From assembly GCA_964402245.1 (NCBI GenBank), contig CAYOBX010000001.1:1-51001 (forward strand): a stretch of DNA of 51,001 bases, given 5' to 3'. Shown here in pieces: positions 36,439-45,198 of this stretch. The stretch is from an uncultured Saprospiraceae bacterium (lineage in GTDB: Bacteria; Bacteroidota; Bacteroidia; Chitinophagales; Saprospiraceae). The notes beneath the pieces were generated by a model. The model made no database searches. It was not told where the DNA came from and worked only from the letters and a program-made list of their open reading frames with translations. Position 1 is the stretch's first letter, and each line of letters begins with the position of its first letter. A program made the translations under genes and the position numbers.

Positions 36439-37431
36439 TTATTTTAATATGTAGTCATAATTATCTTTCATATGGCTTACAAAATTAGCAATATCGTTCT
36501 GTACAAAGTTAGAATGGTAAAATATTTTGATTTCTCTACCTTTGGGAAACCATTTTGCATTTTTCATTTTTATTTTTATTCCTTCAGTAAAGTCTCTTAA
36601 TATTTTTTCATTTACGTCGTCTTTTTCCCATAAGTCTTTTTTATTAATAAAGATGCAAATGCCCTTAATTATGTGGTCAATTTCTGTGTATTTATCATCC
36701 AAATAACCTATAATCTCATCAGCAAAATATTCATGTTCTTTGAGTCTAGCTTCGTTAATAGCTGATGAATTGTTAGATTCATTGTGGTCTAAAAATAGAC
36801 AAATAAAACTTTTGTTAATTGCTACTTTGAATTGTTGGAAAAAAACTTGTCCTTTTCCATCAAATAAATTTACTCTTTTTCCTATTTCAATTATCCAGGT
36901 ATGCTTTGATAGTTCAGTTGTAGAAATAGGGGCTTTCAAGTTTAATAGTTTTGTTATCAAAGTACTTTTTCCAACCTTACTTTTTCCTATGAAAGCTATC
37001 TCAGGATAATCTTTTTGTTCTGATTCTATTTCTTTCTTGTCTTCCGTTTTTAGATTATTGTGAGACGGCTTCAATATGAGTACAAACAATCTTGCAATAG
37101 CTGCTAGAAAAGGAAAAGCTAGAATCCAAGCTTCATTGGAGTTGAGAGTTTCCTTTGTAAAGAGGAAAACACAAAGACTTGTGGTAGTAATAAGAACAAT
37201 TACACATATTACCAAAATGATAATTTTGTAAACCTTTTTATTATCATATCTATTTAAAAAAAGACTAGCTATTATTCCTATGGTAATCAATGATAGTCCC
37301 CATTGATAATAACTATTGCTATCTTGTTTTAGTATCCACCCAATAGCTGTAACAATGAAAGTAAGTATTCCTAGTACATCAGCTATGAGTCCTATTTTCT
37401 CGAATAGAATTTCTTTTTTGTCTCTTGTCAT
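36439..37431 (-). CDS. Membrane-anchored small GTPase (330 aa; 4 N-terminal TM helices plus a TRAFAC-type G domain)
   Basis: G1 GKSKVGKS (36964..36987), G3 DGKG (36850..36861), G4 NKKD (36634..36645). Hydrophobic helices at about residues 14-34, 45-59, 68-92 and 101-120. Confidence 0.75.
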   Translation of the reverse strand: MTRDKKEILFEKIGLIADVLGILTFIVTAIGWILKQDSNSYYQWGLSLITIGIIASLFLNRYDNKKVYKIIILVICVIVLITTTSLCVFLFTKETLNSNEAWILAFPFLAAIARLFVLILKPSHNNLKTEDKKEIESEQKDYPEIAFIGKSKVGKSTLITKLLNLKAPISTTELSKHTWIIEIGKRVNLFDGKGQVFFQQFKVAINKSFICLFLDHNESNNSSAINEARLKEHEYFADEIIGYLDDKYTEIDHIIKGICIFINKKDLWEKDDVNEKILRDFTEGIKIKMKNAKWFPKGREIKIFYHSNFVQNDIANFVSHMKDNYDYILK

Positions 37432-37468
37432 TTGTATAAAATTTTGAGTTAATATTAGTTTTTTATTT

Positions 37469-38377
37469 TTAGTCTTCTAGAGACAACTTAGCGAATGTCA
37501 GTAGCTCAGAAATTGCCGAGTTTCGGTCTATTCTAGATAACGAAGAAATTAACCCTACATTTAATATTTGTGCTTCTTCATTTGCAATATGAGTAGGTAG
37601 CATAATTTTTTTGAACATCAAAGCTTTAGGTTGGTTTGAAGCCTCTTCATTGCACATATTATTATTTATAGATGAAGATGAAGATAGTATAGATAATAAA
37701 TCTAGATTTTTGTTACAATAATTTTCTATAGTTTTTTCTTTAGTGTTTACTCTAATTTCAATTGTGACATCACTATTTGATGTCTTCTTTGCTGTAATGA
37801 TAAAACCTTCTGAGAGTTTAATAATTTCTTTTTCTACTTTATCAGTTGCTTGAATAATTATTCTTGACTTTTTTGGAAGATTGAATTTGATAGATTTGTC
37901 TCTAAAAACTATAGTATCTGTCTTTCTATTTGTTAGTTCGTCTTTACTTGGTATGTAGATTTTATCTCCCCTTCTAATGTCTACTAAATCATTACTTATA
38001 GTCCTGTCTAGAACTAAATTTTTATAACTATTATCTTTTTCTCTCTTTTTTGTTGTGAATGAAATTATAGATTGATACATATATGAATGACCATATTCTT
38101 TTTTGGAGATACTTGATAAAGTTTCTCCTCTATTCTCTATAATGTAATCTCGGCCTTTAACTATATAAGAGGAATCTTCAAATATCTTAGATTCCAAAAT
38201 TTCTTTTTCTCGTAGGCTTGATATTTTAGAAGGAGAAATTGAAATAACATTGTCTCTTTCTGGGGTTAATTCTGAGTTCTTTTTTTTATTAAAAAGGTAT
38301 ACAAGCCATGCCGCACAAGATAGAATGACAATAGAGAGTATTGTTGTAAGTATCTTTGAAGATAAAATAGCTTTCAT
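37469..38377 (-). CDS. Single-pass membrane protein with a LysM-like domain (302 aa)
   Basis: TM helix ILTTILSIVILSCAAWLVYLF. The Y.VKG.....GETLSSISKKEYG......I..GDKIYIP pattern resembles LysM with an insertion. Confidence 0.6.
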   Translation of the reverse strand: MKAILSSKILTTILSIVILSCAAWLVYLFNKKKNSELTPERDNVISISPSKISSLREKEILESKIFEDSSYIVKGRDYIIENRGETLSSISKKEYGHSYMYQSIISFTTKKREKDNSYKNLVLDRTISNDLVDIRRGDKIYIPSKDELTNRKTDTIVFRDKSIKFNLPKKSRIIIQATDKVEKEIIKLSEGFIITAKKTSNSDVTIEIRVNTKEKTIENYCNKNLDLLSILSSSSSINNNMCNEEASNQPKALMFKKIMLPTHIANEEAQILNVGLISSLSRIDRNSAISELLTFAKLSLED

Positions 38378-38793
38378 AAGTATAATTTTAAGTTAAAGAC
38401 AAACATAATACATTTTTCTGCTAGTAAAAATTATATGTAAAGAATTTTTGTGGTGACATTTTTTATATTCTCACGTCACGCAGGTTTTCCCCATTTCATA
38501 CTGCTTTTATTTGCTCCTGTCCGCTTTTGATTACCAAAGTAGGACAGGATAGCCCTGCCCTACCCTTTCAGCCTTTATCTCCAAACTTGTCTATTTCACT
38601 AGATTGTCCTGCTTTCGAAACTAGGATGACTTGAAAATTACTGTCTTAAAGGGGGGCAACAGGGATAACTAAAGGACTGAAAACTAGCCTTTTTATTGCT
38701 GCGGGTTTGGTGTCTTAAAAAGAACTGGTTTTGGGATATGAGTTTTGTTGTGGCTGCATGCTATTATATTGATTCTTCGGTTTATGTCGGTTT

Positions 38794-38845
38794 GCTAAAA
38801 CGTTAATATGGGCTACGTACACATATTAACGTTTTAGCCATTTTT
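38794..38845. terminator. 17-bp perfect hairpin with a T-run on the plus strand, abutting the stop of the 429-aa gene
   Basis: GCTAAAACGTTAATATG (38794..38810) / CATATTAACGTTTTAGC (38822..38838), then CATTTTT. Confidence 0.65.
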
Positions 38846-40134
38846 CATTGAAATACAGAAGCGGGTTTCATTGGTTTAATTATGACTTGACTATTCGTTC
38901 TATCATCAAGTATTTTGAAATACTTATTTTCCGTTTTTGAATTAAAAATTTCCGTGTAACCGTCTAATGTTTCAATTTCAATCGTAAACCCAATTGTATT
39001 TTTTGTGAGTGGAATTCTCACATCCTTTATCCAAGTTATTTCCCCAGTCTTAAAATTTGGTACTTTTTTCTCTACTGTTGGCATAGTAAAAGTTTTATAT
39101 GATACCCAACCGTCGATGTTTTTTCTTGCCAAGTTAGACCATGCCGTTTTTGCCAGCAATTTCAATGTAAACCCTGCATCTGAAACATTAACAAATTCCC
39201 AAGGACTATTTTCTTCTCTTCTTGTTACATGAAATACAGTTGATGATTGGATTAACTTATGTCCTGTTGGAACAATCGTCGGATAATTACATGTTTCATC
39301 GCTCCTTCTTCCACTTCTACATTTATAATGATGAGGAGGCTTAGGAGTATGATGCGAATGTTCTTTTCTATTTTTAGATTTCTCAGTAATTCCTATCCTA
39401 TAAGTTCCCATTACTTTTGGTAATGAGAACAAAGGGATTTTAAATTTTCTTTCTTCGTAGTTAGGAAATACTAATAGTTTTGTTGTTTTGTGAAATACTA
39501 CTAAATCTACCGTTTCAGTTTTTATTTTTTTCTTTGGATTACTAAATTTCTCCAACGGTATATTGAATTGAAGGGTGCTTGACCCAGATTGAATAGGTTT
39601 TATTTTTTCACCATTTACAATTAGGAATGGTTCATATTCATCCCCATATATATGAAGTCTACTTCCGTATATTGGCAGGCTCACGTTATCTTCATTTGAT
39701 AATTTTAAGAAATGAACTTTATCTGGTTTCCTAACTCTTGGAAACTTTTCAAAAAAAGGAATTCGAGAAATTGATTCATCCAAATTATCTGTTACGACCT
39801 GTATTTCTTTTACCGTTTTATACAGTCCATTATTGAGGTTATTTATTAGTTTGTCTAAATCAGTAAATACTCTTTGTTGAGTTATATCTAGTTTATCAAA
39901 AGTTTCATTCATTGATTTTGAATATGCTGCTTTTAAATTTTCTATTTGAACTTGGACTTGTTGAGAACCAACCATTATTGTTGTTCTTGCTTCTTCACCT
40001 GCCTTTTCAATTAAATTTTTTCCAGCTTGCTCTAATTTAGAAATTGCTACACCAATGGACAAACCCCCAAATTGACTGTAGGTAATATTATTAATGGTAA
40101 AAAAGATGATGATTAGAATGATGTTTCTTTTCAT
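38845..40134 (-). CDS. Secreted protein (429 aa): signal peptide, helical N-terminal region, beta-rich C-terminal region with a His-rich patch
   Basis: MKRNIILIIIFFTINNITYSQ signal. Heptad-like region at residues about 30-115. HSHHTPKPPHHYKC patch. No family recognised. Confidence 0.65.
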   Translation of the reverse strand: MKRNIILIIIFFTINNITYSQFGGLSIGVAISKLEQAGKNLIEKAGEEARTTIMVGSQQVQVQIENLKAAYSKSMNETFDKLDITQQRVFTDLDKLINNLNNGLYKTVKEIQVVTDNLDESISRIPFFEKFPRVRKPDKVHFLKLSNEDNVSLPIYGSRLHIYGDEYEPFLIVNGEKIKPIQSGSSTLQFNIPLEKFSNPKKKIKTETVDLVVFHKTTKLLVFPNYEERKFKIPLFSLPKVMGTYRIGITEKSKNRKEHSHHTPKPPHHYKCRSGRRSDETCNYPTIVPTGHKLIQSSTVFHVTRREENSPWEFVNVSDAGFTLKLLAKTAWSNLARKNIDGWVSYKTFTMPTVEKKVPNFKTGEITWIKDVRIPLTKNTIGFTIEIETLDGYTEIFNSKTENKYFKILDDRTNSQVIIKPMKPASVFQ

Positions 40135-40495
40135 TTTTGATGATTTTTTATTTAGCTACAATTTTTAACTATACGCTATGTGGTATAGAGCTAGGCTAGC
40201 CACTAAGGTACAAAATCAAGATTGAAAAAGGAAAATGTTGCTATAAAAATCCGTTAAGTTAGACTGTGAGTCTTCATCTCATCTAATTTCCGCCTGTCTT
40301 AAAAAGTAGAGAAAAAAAGATAGGTCACCCAGGAATAGCAACCTACTTGATTCGCAAGATTGAGGACTGGTAAGTAGCACGAATATGAACATTAATAGAA
40401 TTAGAGAGAAGGCTAATAACAAGGTGAGTTGTGCTATAATTGAGTAGATAGTTAGTTAAAAGAATGTGTGACTATAATAATAAGGTTCTTGGACG

Positions 40496-40510
40496 GTGAA
40501 AAGAAAAAGA
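40496..40510 (+). repeat. GTGAAAAGAAAAAGA 15-mer, copy 1
   Basis: Exact 15-mer. Four copies in the replicon: 40496 and 40666, and inverted at 41592 and 17221. Confidence 0.75.
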
Positions 40511-40665
40511 CAGTATAGATTTTAATTCTGCTGGGGAAATGCCTATTTTGCAACTACAAAATTCTACATCTAAAATATCAATTAGAATGTGGTAGCTAAT
40601 GAAATCGAGGGAGAAGGTTAAAGCTATTTCATTATTTAGAAAATGTAGTAAAATTTTTTGTGCGG

Positions 40666-40680
40666 GTGAAAAGAAAAAGA
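40666..40680 (+). repeat. GTGAAAAGAAAAAGA 15-mer, copy 2 (47 nt upstream of the KilA-N start)
   Basis: Exact repeat 170 bp downstream of copy 1. Confidence 0.75.
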
Positions 40681-40726
40681 TTGGCAGAACCATTTCACTT
40701 AAACCTATATAGAGAAAATCACACCT

Positions 40727-41578
40727 ATGGCAAAAAAGAAAACGATTAATGTTCAAGGTAATGAAATAAGCCTTATCACTCAAGGAGATGAAGAATATAT
40801 CAGCCTTACGGATATGGCTAAAGGCTTTGAAGGGGAAGCAGGAGAGTATATTAGAAATTGGTTGCGGAATAACTCAACTGTTCGTTTCTTAGGTGTTTGG
40901 GAGAAAGTACATAACCCTAATTTTAATTTGGTGGAATTCCACCAAATTAAAGCTGAACTGGTAGATAACACTTTTCTTATGTCTGTTAAGAAATGGATAG
41001 CACGGACTAGTGCTATTGGTATGCAAGCACGAGCGGGTAGATATGGAGGTACTTATGCTCATAATGAGATAGCTTTGCAATTTGCAACATGGTTAAGCCC
41101 TGAATTTCATGTTTATCTTGTAAAAGAATTCAAAAGATTAAAACAGGATGAGGCAATACGACTTGGTTTACAATTTGACCTAAGACGAGAATTGACCAAG
41201 ACCAATTATGCATTACAGACGGATGCGATTAAGGCAATGCTTGTTCCTGATAAGGTGAAAGGTACGAAAGATGCCAGCCCATTTTATAGCAATGAAGCGG
41301 ATTTACTTAATGTAGTTGTTTTTGGCGATACAGCAAAGGGATGGAAAACTAAGAACCCAACCTTAAAAGGCAATATGCGTGACCATGCTACGATTGAACA
41401 ACTAATGCTTCTTCTTAATATGGAGGTACTAAATGCGACGATGATACATTGGGAATGGACACAGGAAATGCGGTTGGAAGTGTTACATAAAGAATCTAAA
41501 CGGCAGATGCCAACGATATTAAGGAGTGCTGCAATGAAGAGAATTAAGTCTAATGGAAAGAAGAAATTAAAATCGTGA
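40727..41578 (+). CDS. KilA-N domain DNA-binding protein (283 aa)
   Basis: The N-terminus INVQGNEISLITQGDEEYISLTDMAKGF... is typical of Bacteroidota KilA-N proteins. Confidence 0.75.
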   Translation: MAKKKTINVQGNEISLITQGDEEYISLTDMAKGFEGEAGEYIRNWLRNNSTVRFLGVWEKVHNPNFNLVEFHQIKAELVDNTFLMSVKKWIARTSAIGMQARAGRYGGTYAHNEIALQFATWLSPEFHVYLVKEFKRLKQDEAIRLGLQFDLRRELTKTNYALQTDAIKAMLVPDKVKGTKDASPFYSNEADLLNVVVFGDTAKGWKTKNPTLKGNMRDHATIEQLMLLLNMEVLNATMIHWEWTQEMRLEVLHKESKRQMPTILRSAAMKRIKSNGKKKLKS

Positions 41579-41589
41579 GAGAGGACCAA

Positions 41590-41606
41590 CTTCTTTTTCT
41601 TTTCAC
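41590..41606. repeat. CTTCTTTTTCTTTTCAC 17-mer (inverted 15-mer core), downstream of KilA-N
   Basis: Identical to 17219..17235 and reverse complement of the 40496 / 40666 copies. Confidence 0.75.
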
Positions 41607-41646
41607 AAGCAAGCACCGCAGGTCGAAATTTTTTGAGCAAATTTCT

Positions 41647-41678
41647 TATTATCACCTTTTGAGTGAAGGTGATAATAA
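41647..41678. repeat. Hairpin built from an inverted iteron plus a half-iteron, between convergent genes
   Basis: TTATTATCACCTT-ttgagtg-AAGGTGATAATAA. The left arm plus loop is the reverse complement of the iteron CACTCAAAAGGTGATAATAA. Confidence 0.7.
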
Positions 41679-41706
41679 AAGAAAAAGAGCGTTTGCCCCT
41701 GCCCTA

Positions 41707-42540
41707 CTAGTTAAGGGCTAATGTTTTTTCAATGGTTGTTAAAACTCTACTATCTATCTTACTGGCTTCTTCTGGTAGTAATTTAGTTTCATAATGATTA
41801 AGCGGATAATTGAACCCATTATAAAGTAACCAGGCATTCATGGGAGTATCGAGGATTAGCATTTCCTTTTCTGCAATCAATTTGGCAGAATCTAACATTT
41901 TCTTAGGGTAACGTATGGTATTAGAGGTACGCAATGTATGCATAATTTGAGTGATTTCATCAGGTGTTACTTGACGGTCGGAAAGCTTTTTGAATCGGTT
42001 TAGCTTTACCTCGATATTCTCTAACCTTTTATAGATAGGTTCTAGCTCTATTCGCCCCGACCGTTTGGAATGTTTAACACTAACAGATACATCTTCTCTA
42101 AAAGCCATTAATCCATTGGTGCAGATTAAGCGTTGATATCCAATGCCAATTGTTTGTTTAATCGTGCCATCATAGCTATTATGAATTTCTATCATAGGGC
42201 AAACATCGTCACCTTTTAAGATATTATGAATATCTCCATCGACGATGAACTGTACATAAAAGCGTCTATCATCAAAAGATGATACTTTCGTTTTAAATCC
42301 TCGCTTACCAAAAATGGATAGCATTTTATCATGAATTGGTAAAATGATTTCTTCATTGGAAACAAGCTGATAGTTACTTCCGCAAAGTTGGGTGACTTTC
42401 TCTTGTTCTGGTAGATAGACACAATGGGTTAAATTGCTTGCAAAGCCTACCTTATCAAATAATTCCCCTACTTTTTTGACCTGAGCAGGAAAGAAAATTG
42501 TATTTAACTCTTCGTGGCTTTTCAAATTTTCATTCTTCAT
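41707..42540 (-). CDS. DUF932 family protein (277 aa)
   Basis: CGSNYQLVSNEE...IEIHNSYDGT...GYQRLICTNGL matches the DUF932 S.Y..v.N / nS.DGs / R.vC.NG pattern. Confidence 0.75.
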   Translation of the reverse strand: MKNENLKSHEELNTIFFPAQVKKVGELFDKVGFASNLTHCVYLPEQEKVTQLCGSNYQLVSNEEIILPIHDKMLSIFGKRGFKTKVSSFDDRRFYVQFIVDGDIHNILKGDDVCPMIEIHNSYDGTIKQTIGIGYQRLICTNGLMAFREDVSVSVKHSKRSGRIELEPIYKRLENIEVKLNRFKKLSDRQVTPDEITQIMHTLRTSNTIRYPKKMLDSAKLIAEKEMLILDTPMNAWLLYNGFNYPLNHYETKLLPEEASKIDSRVLTTIEKTLALN

Positions 42541-42770
42541 ATCCTTTTATTTTAAGATGAAGGAAATTCTTCTTACTTTAAAATTAAGGTATTTTAGTAA
42601 ATTAAACAAATTTATAATTGTATTTTTTTCTAATTAGATTTTATCGTTCAATAATCAGTTTTTTATTAATTATAAATTTTTCCAATTAGAAAAATGTGCA
42701 ATATCTAATATCTTTACCTTTTTAAAATATGAAAAGTATAAATCGGAATGGAGAAACGAGTAACATGAAC

Positions 42771-42790
42771 TTACTCAAAAGGTGATAATA
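42771..42790 (+). repeat. Outlying iteron downstream of rep
   Basis: TTACTCAAAAGGTGATAATA. Confidence 0.7.
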
Positions 42791-42807
42791 ACAATCTAAT
42801 GATGAAC

Positions 42808-44217
42808 TTAACGATGCTTTTCTAATTTCTTAATTTCAGTATCTAGCTGCTTTTGTTTTTGATAGAGTTCCCTAACCTCTGCAAATAACTCTGGATAATT
42901 GGCTTCTAATTGGATATTAATTTGAGAACTAACTATCGGACTTTGATGATAATTTTCATGCGGAGACAGATTTTTCTTTAATGTTCTAAAGCTACTACCC
43001 TGTTCTTTTTTTTCGATTACTTGATAAGCTTCCATAAAAGCAGCTTCATTATTGACCAACTTAATTAAAATCGGTTCTCTCAATTTTCGATATTGTTGAT
43101 TGATAATCTCTCTTTGTTTTTCAAGCTTGACTATCTGTAGATGCCTATCTTTTCGCTGTTTTGCTATTTCTCGTTTCTTTTGCTCTTGGAACACCTTTGG
43201 TGTTTTCCAATCTTCTCGTAATGCTTTGATTAAGAAACCCGCAGGGTTACTTCCTGCTGTTTTTGATTGGTCTAGCAAAGTAATTTTCTCTAAATAATAT
43301 ATTTCTATTGTTTTACATCGAGTTATCGCCTCTTTGCGACTGGATTCATTTTGAATCAAATCAAAACCTTGCTTTTGAAGATTATCTATGTTCTCAATAC
43401 TAATCCCTATTTTAGTTAATTTTTGAGTGATTGTATCTGATAGATTGGGCTTTTCTTTAATTTCAATCGAATCTGTTAGAAAATCTAATACCCCTTGTTT
43501 TGACTCTTCGCTTTTGGGTTCATTTGGATAAATGTAGAAAATCAATCCAATGACTTTCTTACCTTCTTTGATTTCTTCAAAATCAAATCGTATATCTGTG
43601 TGTTTTATTAATTCTGATTGTGCTTTTAATATTGCCTTTTTTTTAACATGACCATAAAGGTTGTAGTTGCAGCCAATGAGTCTTTTTAAATCTTCTAGCT
43701 CAAATGTACGTTTTCCTATCTTTTTATACTGAATGAGTATTTCATAAATCCTAATCGAATAAGAACTTTTCAGACTAGGAAGGTTCTTTAATTGATAAGT
43801 TGTATAGTTACGTTGTAATTCCAATAAATGCTCTTTTAATCGCCCAGATATTTCAAAGACAGTCACATCTTCTCGCCAGTCATTCTCCCAAGAGGAAATC
43901 AGAAAAGCATTTAGTATTGTTCCTTTATCTGTCAGTAATCGAATTGGTTCTTCATTCAATTGCTTGCAGATATTTTCTAAATCGGCATTGAATCGGTTGT
44001 AAGGCACATTTTTCTTATATCCTAAATACTGTCTAATATCTGAGTTTTTAACTCGTGTTAAGCGAAAGTCTTTATCATCAGGGCTAATTTTTGCCACAAT
44101 CAATCGCCCGACTTTCAAGGTCTTGGCGGGAAGCTTCGCCTTAGAATAATCAGCTTCAATCAACTTATTCGATTGAGTGACAAGGTGTTTTTCGGATGAT
44201 TTAGTATTTGTTGACAT
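42808..44217 (-). CDS. rep: Rep_3-family (RepB/RepE-like) plasmid replication initiator (469 aa)
   Basis: The VTQSNKLIEADY signature opens the winged-helix region. Adjacent to the iteron array. Confidence 0.85.
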   Translation of the reverse strand: MSTNTKSSEKHLVTQSNKLIEADYSKAKLPAKTLKVGRLIVAKISPDDKDFRLTRVKNSDIRQYLGYKKNVPYNRFNADLENICKQLNEEPIRLLTDKGTILNAFLISSWENDWREDVTVFEISGRLKEHLLELQRNYTTYQLKNLPSLKSSYSIRIYEILIQYKKIGKRTFELEDLKRLIGCNYNLYGHVKKKAILKAQSELIKHTDIRFDFEEIKEGKKVIGLIFYIYPNEPKSEESKQGVLDFLTDSIEIKEKPNLSDTITQKLTKIGISIENIDNLQKQGFDLIQNESSRKEAITRCKTIEIYYLEKITLLDQSKTAGSNPAGFLIKALREDWKTPKVFQEQKKREIAKQRKDRHLQIVKLEKQREIINQQYRKLREPILIKLVNNEAAFMEAYQVIEKKEQGSSFRTLKKNLSPHENYHQSPIVSSQINIQLEANYPELFAEVRELYQKQKQLDTEIKKLEKHR

Positions 44218-44254
44218 GATTACTTCTAGTGATTAAGAGTAGCAAAGATAACAA

Positions 44255-44283
44255 TTATCACCGAAAAGTCAATGAGGTGATAG
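44255..44283. promoter_or_regulatory. Inverted iteron-core pair at the rep promoter (likely autoregulatory operator)
   Basis: TTATCACC-N13-GGTGATAG, 38 nt upstream of the rep start codon. Confidence 0.55.
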
Positions 44284-44296
44284 TAAAAAATAATAA

Positions 44297-44610
44297 ATAC
44301 TCAAAAGGTGATAATAAGATGTTTTCACCCCACTCAAAAGGTGATTTTTATACTCAAAAGGTGATAGTAAAAGAATGTAGACTAATTTACTATATTCTTT
44401 GTAACTAATTGAATATCAATAATATAACAGAAAAATATTGAAATTTTTCTGTTTTTTGAAATACTCAAAAGGTGATAGTAAATACTCAAAAGGTGATAAT
44501 AGATTTCATAACTTATTGATAATCAACAGCTTTTGAAGCTGGAAAACAAGACTATTAAAACAAGAATTAAAACAAGAACAAAGGAAAATTATACTCAAAA
44601 GGTGATAATA
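44297..44610 (+). repeat. oriV iteron array: six direct copies of ATACTCAAAAGGTGATA(A/G)TA
   Basis: Copies start at 44297, 44330 (variant), 44350, 44461, 44482 and 44591. An AT-rich spacer with the hairpin ACAGAAAAAT/ATTTTTCTGT lies at about 44427..44453. Confidence 0.85.
44543..44577 (+). repeat. Three direct AAAACAAGA repeats inside the origin region
   Basis: Copies at 44543, 44557 and 44569. The last two form the tandem ATTAAAACAAGA. Confidence 0.5.
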
Positions 44611-44767
44611 GAAAATAAAATATAGATTTGCCGTGAAAAGAACAATAACAATATAATTACGGATACCGATTTTATAAGCCAATTTGGTGTTAGATTTAAA
44701 ATTTAAAGAAGCTTTCGTTTTTCTAATTAGAAAAATATGTAATCAAATAAAAATAACACAATTTGTA

Positions 44768-44983
44768 TTATTTATCATGTTTGTCCAGTTCCTTAATATA
44801 GGTTTTGATTTCGGCAGCGGTTATTTCGGTAAGTTCTTCCCCCTCCCCTATCATACCTAAATCTCGCATAACTACTCCTAGATAATATTCTCTATGATTC
44901 AAATCTAATTCATAAGCTCTTTGAATAAGTTTTGCATAGACCTTTGATGGTGTGACGATAGTTACCTTCTTTTTCTTTCCCAT
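44768..44983 (-). CDS. Small protein (71 aa), possible ribbon-helix-helix
   Basis: KVTIVTPSKVYAKLIQRAYELDLNHREYYLGVVMRDL fits a beta-alpha-alpha pattern. Weak call. Confidence 0.45.
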   Translation of the reverse strand: MGKKKKVTIVTPSKVYAKLIQRAYELDLNHREYYLGVVMRDLGMIGEGEELTEITAAEIKTYIKELDKHDK

Positions 44984-45198
44984 GCCTACAAAAATAGTCG
45001 TTTTATGTTAAAATTTCATAAAATGCAGTAATACGGTAATACGTGTTACTGTACTTTCTAAAAATATATTATCTTTGATGTGATATGTTTTCTGACTGAA
45101 GCTTCTCCCTTCAGTTTGACAAAACAAAGACCCCGAAAGAGCAGGTCGGCAAAACAGGCTCAATCAGGGTATTTTACATACTTGTAAACCACAAATTT

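Noticed and set aside
40472-40783. 103-aa minus-strand ORF spanning the region upstream of KilA-N
   Set aside because: It runs through the repeated 15-mers and overlaps the KilA-N start. It has no RBS and its translation is odd and Phe/Leu/Ile-rich. The region is better explained as regulatory DNA.
42694-44745. AATTAGAAAAAT 12-mer on both sides of the rep module (42694 and 44727)
   Set aside because: An AT-rich 12-mer match is well within chance expectation.
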